A DNA stretch of 33,930 bases. It comes from Octopus sinensis (taxonomy: Eukaryota). The translations under genes and the position numbers were made by a program. Below are positions 10,039 to 21,489 of the stretch, in pieces. The stretch lies in contig NW_021831920.1 of the NCBI RefSeq assembly GCF_006345805.1, positions 1 to 33,930 of the forward strand, given 5' to 3'. The notes beneath the pieces were generated by a model, which saw only the letters and a list, made by a program, of their open reading frames with translations, did not search any database and was not told the DNA's origin. The stretch's first letter is position 1. Every line of letters begins with the position of its first letter.

Positions 10039-10538
10039 TGTCGCGCCTCACGGTGGCGACAATACCACGCTGGCGACCAGAGCGGCCTTCATTGTTGACA
10101 GGATTGACAAAGTGACCTACATAGTTTGAAACTAATTACTGACTAAAAATAATTGCTAAAAATTTAAAAAACTTGACATTTTTTATTTATATTCATAGTA
10201 ACTATTCTGGTTTCATTTCGTAATTCGATCTAAATAGTTCCTTCTTTATCCATCAGTTTCGCCATAGCCCGTGTCAATGCTTGATTAAATCGCCTGATTT
10301 ATTTCAAATTTACAAATTTCGCAGTCTTTTATAATTTTTTAGATAATAGGACGTTTCACAGTAAGATAAAATTCACTACACTTCTTATGAATCTTTAGAA
10401 TTCCATTCTTATAATCTTTAGCGAATGCCAATGTCTTTATCTCCATTTCATTGAGAGCAATTGTGATTTGGATATTATCGTCCTTTAGATAAAGACTATG
10501 AATTAGTAATTGAAAATACCGATCATCAATGGCTTTTC
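10039..10538 (-). mobile_element. Degraded Ginger-like integrase remnant
   Basis: Minus strand GILKIHKKCSEFYLTVKRPII*KIIKDCEICKF fused to RFNQALTRAMAKLM, paralleling 30060-30590; TGTCGC..GCGACA mini-palindrome at 10039-10061. Confidence 0.6.
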
Positions 10539-13247
10539 CAGCGGTTCTCTATTGCCGTTCTTAGGAGGGACAGTTTGGAGATCCGTCAAGCCGCTCCCCT
10601 TCCCCTCGGCTAAAAGAATAATTAATTATCATCGTTGGTTGGATGGTTAAAATAATTAGATCATAAATTACCATAAATTGATTTGCTTTTTTGTAAATCT
10701 GTATTTTCGAATTTAGATTTAGTTTGTGCGGGTTCTTAGAGTAGGACATTTACAAGATTTTGGTATTCACTGTCATTTTTCACGTAACTTAAAGTATTGA
10801 GACCAGTGTTCCCTCTAAGCGAGTGGTAGCTATGCGCGCTGGGCACATTGCATTGTGCAGCGTTATAAAGTGACGTGTGCAAAAAATTTTGGGGGGGGGA
10901 AATTTTACAATTAAAAAACCAATGGTTAAAAAAATAGGTCTAGTCAATTGGATATTCTCTTCTGTTTTTATTTTGTATCCAAAATTTGTATACTCGATCA
11001 AGATCCACTGTATTCCCACTTGTTAAATAGAACTTGATTCGCATGATCATCTCCAAATGGTCAATCTCAAGTCTATTACGTAGTTTAGTTTTGATACAGT
11101 TCATCAAACTAAATCCACGTTCAGCATCAGCACTCGACGCTTGAAATGTGCCACAAATATCCACAAATGTTGCAGTGGCTGAAAATTTTTTCTCCGCTAG
11201 TATATAGTAAATTACATCTTCAAATGTTTTCAAAGCACCAGAGTGCAGTTTTTCTTTTAAAATAAACTTGAGATCTGTATATTCCGACTGCAGTTTTATG
11301 AGTGGGACTTCTGAAGAGAGTAAATTTTCATATTTTTTCGCTAATTTAATTATCTCCTCTTTTCCAAATTCAAAGTTTGTCTGATTTTGAATTGCTTGAG
11401 TGTCAAATGCTACCCATTCTCTTAATTCGTCAGCTGGAAATCTTTCTTGTAAATGCAGATAAACATGCTCGATAAAGCATAGGATTTCATCTGTATTTGT
11501 ATCTCCATAACCAGTTGTTGATAACAACATCTTCACACTGTCACTCCAGTAAATTTCATTTCCATCCAAATATTGAGATTTCAGCTTCGAAATTTTTGCT
11601 CTGGCAAACTGTACAGCTTCTATGGTCGATATACAGCTTCTTTGGAAAACTGTTCACAAATCTGCTAATTCAGCCAAAATTTCATTTAAGACAGTTAAAG
11701 CAACATGAATAAGAGGATTTTGAAGTTGTTTTAAGCAATATTTTGCAATCGGATCATTATCATCTTCAACCTGTTTCTTGAAATATTCAATTAAAATTGT
11801 GTAGTTTTTTATCAAAGCGTTAACAGCAAAATGCCGAGACACCCATCTCACTTCATTTAGTGGCTTAAATGAAACGACATCTTCAACAACAACATTAGCC
11901 AGGTCCTGAAATGCAGCTTTTTTTATACTTGATCGACTGAAAACAGTATAAACAGTCCGGAGTAATATTTCAATATTTTTCACAAGATTATTTTTTTTCC
12001 ATGCATCATCGAATATTATACTTTCTACTGCGCAGAAAAAAATTTCGCTGCGCAGCAAGGTGCAAACTGCTGCGCGGCCGCGCACGCGCGCAGCTTAGAG
12101 GGAACACTGCTCGTCAGGGCCAGGTTTAGACATGTTCGAATATTTATTATAAAAATAACATGAACATTATGAAAATAACAGAAAATTTAATAGTAATTTA
12201 GTGAGATTTCTGATCTTGTTTGCTCAGAATAATTTTACTTATATCAGGCTCTATGTTCGACAAAGCTACTCGCATATCATCTTGTACCCGTAGTCTATTT
12301 CTATATTTTGTTTTTAGAAAAGTCAGACACGACATCGCCATTTCACAGTGATAAAGAGTGGGGAATGCAAGTATTGATTCCAATGCAGTTTTACTCAAAA
12401 TGGGGAATTCTTTCTCCATCTGACACCTAACAATAATAAGTAATTATTAATGAGAATACCAAAAATCTAATAATGAAGTACATTTGAAAATAATTGGAGT
12501 AGACTGATTACATTGAAGTTCAATCAAGCTCTGCTGAAAATTGAGTTCCTGATATTCTTTAAATGAGGTCAAGAAAGGTTGAACGATCCAGTTTGGAATT
12601 GGGTCTTCAACAGGAAAATAATCATCAAATTTTGTCTTGAGATTTTCCAGATGTTTGATTATCAGACTTAGAAGAACATTATCCGGTGGGTTGTGTCCGA
12701 GATGATATTCAAGCATTGGGAACATTGATGTTATTCCTTTTTTTATTTTCATTATCCACAATAATAACTTTTTTTAAAAGCCATTATTATTTGATTGACC
12801 TCGACAATTGATATATAAAGACCTTTAAATAAATTAATAAAAATTTTACCCTGCATTGACAAATTAAACTCATTTAAAATGTTTAAAAAATCGGCAAGAT
12901 AATACATTTTCGATTTAAAAGTAAAATCATCGAATTGGTCGGCCCAATCATGCTGCATATTATCACGCAAAAACAAAGAGATCGCAGGGGAAAGTTCACA
13001 AATTCTCGAAAGGATTTTCCCCCTTGAAAGCCACCTAATTTCAGAATGATAAAGTAGTATAGAATGAAAATTCCTGGGGACCACTAAAAATTTTCTGGGG
13101 ACCACGATTGAGAACCGCTTGATTAATTTCAATGTTTTTGATTTATACTTAATTGTACAATTAGTTTTAACTTTAATATATTTTTATTTTTCGAAAATTC
13201 CTGGGGACCACTAAAAATTTTCTGGGGACCACGGTTGAGAACCGCTG
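10539..13247 (-). mobile_element. hAT transposon, Charlie/Buster (ZBED8/SCAND3-like), internally deleted, with two tiny introns
   Basis: CAGCGGTTCTC termini at 10539 (+) and 13247 (-). Transposase pieces LLYHSEIRWLSRGK..YLADFLNILNEFNLSMQG, LLDFW|CQMEKEFPILSKTA..TYHCE-like..KTKYRNRL..DDMRVALS..QKSH*. The 8-bp flanks do not match, so the left boundary is less certain. Confidence 0.8.
10804..12109 (-). mobile_element. Second hAT family (ZNF862/C17orf113-like transposase, 5'-deleted), nested in the Charlie-like element
   Basis: Perfect 17-bp TIRs CAGTGTTCCCTCTAAGC; VRWVSRHFAV and hATC dimerisation motif ASSADAERGFSLMNCIKTKLRNRL; no 8-bp TSD found. Confidence 0.88.
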
Positions 13248-13547
13248 GTCTATAATAAATTGTGTCTCTATATCCTTCAAAAATGTTTTGAATTGTTGTT
13301 AGATTAAATTAACCACTTGAATAGATGATTTATTACATGATTAAAACAAAACTAATTTTCGTAAACTTTCCTCCAGGCAAGATAAATTTAGTTTGGCCTC
13401 TTTATGCCGAAGATTAAATAAATTTGTGAAATAACTATTTTCTTATTCTTTTAATGCTGAAAATTCCTATTTTAATATTTTATCGCATGTTGGATTGCAA
13501 TCTTGCTTTTAATAAAATGTGAATTATTAAGAAAGAAACTAATTAAC

Positions 13548-16500
13548 TAAGTAATTTTACTAACTAAGTCCAGAGCCTTCGAAGTGAGCAGAAGGCGGCA
13601 CTCCACGCACCTCCTCCCCTTCTTCCTCCTCTTCTCTGGCACTGTAGACCTTCGAGAAGGTGCAGTCCAGCGCCTCTTGCTGACTAAACGTCAGGAAAGG
13701 GCTGGATCGGCGAGCATCAAACGAGACACTCTCCAGAGTCCTCTTAAGAACAGTTGACTGTATATAAGCCTGTAGAGACTTATCTACATCCAACTGTCTT
13801 AAGTACCGCTTGTGGTATTTGGTGACCAGTCCATCCCATGTCATCACACACGGGATGACATGGACTTTGCACTGGTGCATCAGTCCTAGCTCGTTTGCAA
13901 GGAGGTCATACTTCCTCCTTTTCTCCACTTCCACTATCTGCAAACGGTCTAGGCACGTGATGCCCACCTCCACGATAACAATCTCCCCGGTGACCTTATC
14001 GTGGACCACAATGTCGGGTCTGTTGTGCTGGACAACAATCGAGGTGCGTATGGGGGTATCCACCTTAATGCACACCCGCGAGTTCTCACACACCGATTGA
14101 ACTCGATGGGTTCGCAACTTTCTGGACCGCCTCAAGCCGTACTTATTGCAGAGCAAAAGATGGAGGGACCTCACCACCTCGTTATGCCTCCATGTGTAAT
14201 CATGGTAAAGCATACTCCCGCACTTCGTGGCTAAATGGTCAACGGTCATTGCCTTACTCTTACAGTGGTTACACTGTTTCCGTTGACCATTAAAAAAGTT
14301 TCTATCCTGCAAATATGAGAACAACCCTTCTGATCGGGGAGAGTTATTCCCATATTTCAGCCACGTAGATGACGACGATACGTCAATGTGCGGGTTGTCC
14401 AGGCTGCTAAAGAGAGTCTTGTGAAGGACTTTTAAGTTGATCTTTTTAATTAAAGACTCCTTTTGAAGTTTGATCAACTCCTTCACATTAACTTGGGTAG
14501 CACCTAGACCATACTTAGCCGACACATAGCCTTTTATGGTCCCTAGGTGTGTACCACGCGCTTTTTCAGCAGCAAGGATGGCAGCCTTCCTTGGGATACA
14601 CTCGACCCACTCCACAAGGTGTCGTGCATCTTAGTAAGAATTCGCTCACTTAAGTGTACGATGTTACTCAGTCCACGTCCTAGCTGCCCGCGAGACAAGT
14701 ACAATCTCTCCTTATTGCTTGCCAACACGTGGACATGATTCTCTCGGAGTACTCTTCGGACAATAAGGTCCATTTCATCGTACTCACTCGGCTCGAATTC
14801 GATCAGGCCAACGTAGTAGTTTAGCAATGAGATGGAATACTCGTTCAAGGCATGAAATAAGTTCCGTGCATTAAGCCGAGTCTTACATAACATTGCCGCC
14901 CTACTACGCACACCCTCCACTACACACTTTCTCGTTTCGGGTGTGATTAATGAGGCTGGACTCTCAACCACACCAAGATACTTATATCCTTGGTGTTCCT
15001 CCAAGACTTTGACTAGGTCACCACAAACAGGGGTGTTAGTCGCCGACTTGTTGTAATTGAGCTCCAACCCCACGGCCTTCATGAAACCTTTCAGGACTTT
15101 ACCCATTGAGTGAAGGATCTCTGAAGACCGAGCGAACAGCTTAATGTCGTCTATGAACATGAGATGGTTGGTGCTAAAACACCCTCCTCCATGTTCGATC
15201 GACATTTGTTCGAATTGGGCAGTGAGGACTCTACTCAGCGGTTCTAGGCAGAGGACGAACAGCAGCGGAGACATGCTGTCGCCCTGTAATATGCCCCTCT
15301 CTAGTTTCACCTCGCCTATATCGCATTTGTTGTAATTTAGATGGACGTTCCACCTGTCCATCACAGTTGCAACAAATTTGATAAACCACATTGGCAATTT
15401 AAGCCTTCGCAGACACTCAACGAGGTAGGCATGATCAACCGAGTCATATGCCTTCTTCACATCCACCCACATTGACACTAGTGAGTTTCCGTGGGCTCTC
15501 GCGAGACATTTGTTGATCAGTGCCTGCTCCTTAGCTCCCTGGCAATCCCGCCGAGTACCTAACTGGTTCTCGGACAGAATCCCATTCACCTCCACGAAAT
15601 TTCTGACCTCAGTAGCCACCACCTTAGTCATCAACTTGTACAGGTTGGGCATACAGGTTATCGGACGATAATCTGTCGGAGCGGAAGGGTTATCTACTTT
15701 AGGGATCAAATAAGTGACCCCAGTACATAACCACTCTGGAATCGAGCCAGGGTCTAGTGTAAACTGTTCGATTGCTCGACACATGCAATCATGGATAGGT
15801 TTGCAATTTTTAATAAAGAAATTATACACTTTATCGACCCCAGGTGTCTTCCAGTCAGAGAGACGGTTTACTGCTTCATCGAACTTCTTGCGGATGTCAG
15901 GGACACCACAAGACTCGGTCATCAAGGGAGCATCGGGTCCACAAAACGGAAACGACACACCCTTGCGAGGACGTGCTTTCCACATACTCCCCCATGTGTC
16001 AAGCATTTCGGCCTTTTGCTGGGTACCCTCCTTCGTCTCTCCGTGCAACCGACGATAGAACGACCTGCGATTAAATTCAAACAGGTTGTTCTCCCGCCTG
16101 CGCTGACACCGAGACTCATGAGTTGAGAGCTTCTTCTGATAAACGAGAATCAGCTCCTCCCTCTCTGCCCGGACACGCCTCAACTCGTTGAGGTCCCATT
16201 TGGCAGCTCGTTCCCGACGAAGTAAAGTACGCACCAAGGGGGGAGTCTTGCCCTTGACCCCATTGCTCACATTCAAAATGTGCCCAGTCAGCGCTTCCAG
16301 CTCGGCTTTCCTTGCGGCTACTTTTGCGGCAATGTTTTCTCTCCATCTACTCTTTGGGGCAGGCCTCTGAGTGATTTCATCATAGGTTGTCTGTGCCGAG
16401 TACAAATAAGAGAAATCTCGTCCATTGTCTCCGGAGGCTCACGCACGATCGCGTAAGCTATGGCACGATTGATGCAACCCATCACGTCACTTCTGAGTTG

Positions 16501-17050
16501 CCACCGAGGTATCTTTCGGGTCACTCTGCGGTCCGCAAGGGGGACAACACGATTCGCAGAGATATGCCTACTAAATATCTCCTTAACCTGCAAGAGTAGC
16601 GATAACTCACTACTCTGGTGCTCGTGTTGTTCAGAACACGGGGGGCATCCTGTCGGCATAACCGCACCGCCAGTTCTCCCCCGCGTTCCAGGAAGAGGGG
16701 TCTTGGCCAGCTTCTTCCGTGCATCTAACGATAGGTTCGGCTAAAGCGTCGATTGAAACACTGAAGCAGGGTAGGCCACCCATTTCTGGGCATCCTGGAA
16801 GCTCTTTCCAACATTTGGGAAAGAACGGATTTAACAAAGTCCTCCTGGGTCGTGCACTCAGTCCCTTTGGCAATGCCAAGAACAATGTTCTGTACATCGG
16901 ACGTCTGCCTCTCCGATGCGGTTTTCCATCCTGCTCTAGGTATATTATTATTAATAATATTGTTAGTTTCTTGTTGTCCAGGTAGAGCACACATCGAGAT
17001 AGTAGCACGTTGCATAACCTTGACCTTTATTAATACAGTTTCTCGTGATA
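13548..17050 (-). mobile_element. Apparently full-length R4/Dong-like RLE non-LTR retrotransposon (~3.5 kb, single ORF of about 1100 aa broken by a few indels)
   Basis: N-terminal region about 16990-16400; RT 14543-16405 (WKTPGVD, DYRPITC, DVKKAYDSV, ILQGDSMSP, FIDDIKL); CCHC and RLE in 13560-14615 (CNHC..DHLATKC, RHN, RPDI..EVGIT, KRRKY). About 50% GC against the AT-rich host background. Confidence 0.93.
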
Positions 17051-17308
17051 CATAATGTTTTTTACCAAATTTATAACTATATATAATATCATATCCTATT
17101 TGGTATTAATAATTATATAATGTTTAGGGAATATTGGCAATGTCTTTATTTTTTGTATATAAATTGTCTATGATGACAGAACTCGGAATTTCGCTCTTTA
17201 TTTTGAAAATAATGTTAATCAGCATTTGTATATTGGCTCTTTTCGGGGTACCTAGTGGTAATGTATATTTATTTTCTCGGAAAAGATTTACTTCTGTTTC
17301 GGTAAGTA

Positions 17309-18420
17309 CAGTAAAGTCTCTCGAATCCGCCAATTTCGGGGATCGGCAAAATCTGGCGGATTCGAGAGACTTATCGATTTTTTAATCCATTAATAATTTA
17401 AATTATTAAGCCAAAATAATTAATTAAAAACAAAAAAATCAGCAAGTTTCGACTTGTTTCTTCTTAGAGTTTGGATCATTGAAGATCCAATGTTTTCAAT
17501 ATACTCAAGATTTTCTATATTAAAGAATTCTTCTTGATTATAGAACTCTTTTAATTTGTTTAAAGCGATAAAAGCCTCGTTAATGGTAACAACTTTCTGA
17601 CTTTGTTCACACGGTTCTTCGCTAATTTCTTGTTCTATTTTTTCTGAATTATTTAATTCAAGTTCTTCACTTTCATTATATTCAATCTCAATATAAAGAC
17701 TTTCTTCTAACGGATCAATAATATCCATTTTTTCCAGAATATTATCATAATTTTCAATTAAGGGATTTTCATAATTAATATTTTCATTGTTTTGAGTCCA
17801 TTTTGCATGAATGAAACAATTTAAAATTAAGGAACTTCTATTTTGTTCCAACTTTTCTATTTTGTTTCGAAATTCTTGAAACATCTTGGATTTTTAAACA
17901 ACCCAATTAGTAAGGGTGTTCGCTTATCTGTACCGTCAACATTTGTACATAACATAACAGAAACTCTGTCTTTCAGGACTTTATAGCCAGATTTAATGGT
18001 TTTACAAACACTCTTAGACGGTATCATTTTGTAAAATAAGCCAGTTTCATCGGCATTATAAACATTTTGAGCTCCGTAAAGACTGATTTTATTTTTGATT
18101 AATTCAATGAAATCTGATACTAAATTAGGGTCAAAATTTGGAGTTGCAGATTCTCCATGCATATTACGTAATTTCAAACCATTCCTCTTTTTAAATTTAA
18201 CTAACCACCCTTTGCTTCATTTGAATTCAGTAATCCCGAGATTCAATGCAAAGGCTTTTGCTTTCTCAGTAATAATCCTATCATTTAAAATGGCTCCTTT
18301 AAGATCCATTGAATTGACCCAAGCAATAGTATTATCATCGATTTCAGCAACTTTAAATATTGTTTGCGGGAAATGTCAGATCTTAGGTTATGAAACATAA
18401 TGTTAGATCCTCTTTTACTT
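17309..18420 (-). mobile_element. Tigger/pogo (DDE_1) transposon, internally deleted, one TIR visible
   Basis: TA|CAGTAAAGTCTCTCGAATCC at 17309. HTH-CENPB FK*SKGWLVKFKKRNG and YNADETGLFYK..KDRVSVMLCTN; later catalytic motifs deleted; acidic C-terminus 17420-17884. Confidence 0.85.
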
Positions 18421-18439
18421 TTCAGATCATCAATAGATC

Positions 18440-18679
18440 GGCGAGAAGTGAATTTTTAAAAAGTCCCCCAAAACACTATTGTTTGGCATTGTAGAAAAAT
18501 TTTGACCTAATTAGTTCGAGACAACCGTTTTTTATTGCCGCCCACAGAGAAAGTGGCGAAAACGAGAACCGCGCTTTCCGCTCTTCGGTAACCAGGACGC
18601 CGAAAGTGGCAGAATATGGAGGGTGGGCAAAGCCATTGATTTGAAGTTGGAACTTAAACTAATGGCAGATGTTAGCTTG
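18440..18679 (+). pseudogene. Obg-family GTPase fragment (probably mitochondrial MTG2/GTPBP10 type)
   Basis: Joined across indels: KVPQNTIV..FDLISSRQPFFIAAHRESGENENRAFRSSVTRTPKVAEYGG..KAIDLKLELKLMADVSL, followed by GT. Matches the Obg-fold consensus KVP.GT..DL..F.IA.GG.GG.GN..F.S...R.P..AE.G..G....LELK..AD. Confidence 0.75.
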
Positions 18680-18812
18680 GTTTCTTATCTTTATTTATTT
18701 ACTAGCTCGGCAGCTCGCTTCGCTCACCGCGACCTAGCTCCTGCGTAGGGCCTGTTTCATCAAACAACTATAAGTTATGTAGATGTATAAAACTACCTGG
18801 TTTAATGTAACC

Positions 18813-19203
18813 CTATTCTATCGCCTGTTGATAAACGATGTTTGTCGTCCGTCCTTCCTTGGCATATATGAATAAATTTTCTCTTCTGCCTACCCTCGAG
18901 CATCCCACATACAGCTGTCCATGTGAAAAGCACTCATTCTCTAAAAATAACCCAACTACCTTTAATGACTGTCACTGGGCCTTGTTTATTGTCATTGCAA
19001 AACTCATCCTCAAAGGAAATTGCATCCTTTTAAATCTAAATGGTAATTCATCAGAAATTATCGGAATTCGTGGAATATAAACATCCTCACCTCTATACTT
19101 ACCTGTTAATATCGTCGCCTCTATTACGTTAGCCATTAAATTTTTGGTAACTAACCTCGTTCCGTTGCATAATTTAGGTGGCGCAAGATTTCGTAATAAA
19201 ACC
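18813..19203 (-). pseudogene. Helitron Pif1 helicase C-terminal remnant
   Basis: LLRNLAPPKLCNGTRL..VIEATILTG..GEDVYIPRIP..PFRFKRMQFPLRMSFAMTINKAQ, then SHGQLYVG. Confidence 0.92.
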
Positions 19204-19940
19204 ACTGGCGGAAATGGGGCAGGCAGAGTAGCAGCAGCCAAAAAAGCGACACACAAAAAAGATTTAATTAATTACCTTAAGGTGCCCGTTTTTTCTTCAG
19301 CTTCGTTTTTCTTCCTTCGGTTATCTATTTAAAAAATTATTTTTGAATAATAAAAAATATTAGGAAAAAAGAGGCATACAGAAAATAAATTCTATCTTTA
19401 CGAAAAACTTATTTTCTTAAGGTCGTCTTCCCTCCTTCGGTTATCTATTGAAAAAATTATTTTTGAATAATAAAAAAGTTTAGGAAAAGAGGCATACCGA
19501 AAATAAATTTTAGCTTTACGAAAAACTTAACTAAATAGTTAATATTTTTACGCAAATTCTTCTGATGGCGCTGTCAATTGGTGGTAAATTGTGTTAATGA
19601 TTGTGCTAATGTGGTTTCAACTATCAAAGTGTTTTTCAAAATCTGTTAATTGCACACTCTATTCAAGTCGTGCGTCAATTGGTGGTAAATTGTGTTATGA
19701 TTGTGCTAATGTGGTTTCACTATCAAAGTGGTTTTTCAAAATCTGTTAATTGCACACTCTATTCAAAGTCGTGCAATCTGTAATTGCACATTCTGTCAAA
19801 GTCAAATATGATAATAGCTTTAATTTGATTCATGTCGATAATGATATATGCATTTAATTTTAAAGAGAAAAACATAGGATGAATTGAATTTCTTTCTCGC
19901 GAATAATTAGGAGTTCATCAGTGTTAATATTCTCGCTGTC

Positions 19941-20621
19941 GTGTAAGTCGAGGACATCGTAGTTGTTCATTTTAACCAAAATGCAGAAAATTTTTTTTTA
20001 ATTTTTTTTGGGGGGAAGGTTTTAATGACCTCATCATGTAAGTCGAGGACATCGTAGTTGTTCATTTTAACCAAACTGCAGAAAATTTTTTTTAATTTTT
20101 TTTGGGGGGAAGGTTTTAATGACCTCATCATGTAAGTCGAGGACATCGTAGTTGTTCATTTTAACCAAACTGCAGAAAATTTTTTTTAATTTTTTTTGGG
20201 GGGAAGGTTTTAAGGACCTCATCATGTAAGTCGAAGACATCGTAGTTGTACATTTTAACCAAAATGCAGAAAATTTTTTTTAATTTTTTTTGGGGGGAAG
20301 GTTTTAAGTACCTCATCATGTAAGTCGAGGACATCGTAGTTGTTCATTTTAAACAAAATGCAGAAAATTTTTTTTAATTTTTTTTGGGGGGAAGGTTTTA
20401 AGGACGTCATCATGAATGTCGAGGACATTAACGTTGTTCATTTTAATCAAATGCAGAAAATAATTTTTTGATTTTTTGGCGGGAAGGTTTTAAGGACCTC
20501 ATCATGTAAGTCGAGGACATCGTGGTTGTTCATTTTAACCAAAATGCAGAAAATTTTTTTTTAATTTTTTGGGGGGGAAGGTTTTAAGGATCTCATCATG
20601 TAAGTCGAGGACATCGTATGG
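19941..20621 (-). repeat. ~93-bp tandem array (~7.3 units) inside Helitron copy 2
   Basis: The gtcgaggacat core recurs near 19947, 20042, 20136, 20230 (gaagacat), 20324, 20418 (variant unit), 20511 and 20604. Confidence 0.95.
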
Positions 20622-20780
20622 TGGAAGATTCTTGGAGGAGTTCATGATTTTAAGCTTGTTCCCCATTAATTATAAGGGGGAAAGATTTTGACAATTTATC
20701 TGTACTTTGCCAATTTGAAGTTGGTGTGCACACACAGACAGACAGACAGACACACACCATACCATTTTATTATTAAGATT

Positions 20781-21300
20781 ATAATGACGTTGTGAAGCGC
20801 GCGCTAAACGCCGCTGGATTTCCCTCGATGTTAGAACCGATAGGACTAGACCGTGGAGATGGAAAACGCCCTGACGGGTCGACCTTATTCCCGTTCAGGA
20901 AGGGAATGGCACTCGTGTGGGATGTTGCCTGCGTAGACTCATTTTCCTCATCATCATTGGTTGACTCCGCTTCTCGTCCTGGATCTGCATCTGCCCTTGC
21001 CGAATCTAGGAAAACTGCAAAATATGCCTCTTTGACCGATACCTGCTGCTTCATTCCCCTGGCTTTCGAGACCAGTGGGATAATTGGACCCAAAGCCCTC
21101 CAACTCCTCTCAAAGATTGGTTTAATCATCTCGAGGAGGAGTCACGACAGTCGCGAACGAGCTGGCTTTTTCAGCGGATATCGTTCGCGATATTACGTGG
21201 AAATTACATGTCCATCCGCTCGGCGACTCATCTAAATTAGTTAACATCTCTATTTTACTTGTTATTTTACCTTGCTAAAAAAATCAAAAAAAATCCTTAG
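20781..21300 (+). mobile_element. 5'-truncated CRE-like RLE retrotransposon fragment
   Basis: NDVVKRALNAAG..EP..KRPDG..F..G..LVWDV..AE..K..KY..FIPLAFETSG; A-rich tail at about 21275-21293. Confidence 0.85.
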
Positions 21301-21489
21301 GTTACGTGAAAAATAATAGTGAATATTAAAATCAGTGACAACTACATCTAAATCAAAAAATACAACTTATAGGAAAAAACAAATCGATTTATGATAATGG
21401 ACAATCGGCATATTTTAAATAAGGAATGATCCGAATAAAATAGGGAATGAGGCATATTAAATAGCAACAGTTATGTTTGAATCCTTATA

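Larger units (their letters stand above)
18702..20778 (-). mobile_element. Non-autonomous Helitron, copy 2
   Basis: Minus strand A|TCTTAATAATAAAATGG...GAGCTAG|T; colinear with 151-1765; longer array and longer helicase remnant. Confidence 0.93.

Noticed and set aside
14547-16744. Numerous plus-strand ORFs over the R4-like element (and similar ones over the RTE and CRE elements)
   Set aside because: They are antisense or alternate-frame shadows of GC-rich retrotransposon coding sequence with no recognisable motifs.
4500-17050. Frameshifts in the retrotransposon ORFs as programmed frameshifting
   Set aside because: They are scattered single-base losses, mostly in A/T runs, and also occur in host genes, as expected for long-read consensus error or decay.
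151-20778. The two inverted Helitron copies as TIRs of one 20-kb element or as inversion breakpoints
   Set aside because: Each copy has its own TC/CTAG ends at an AT site, and both flanks of copy 1 belong to the same GCLC intron, so no exchange occurred there.
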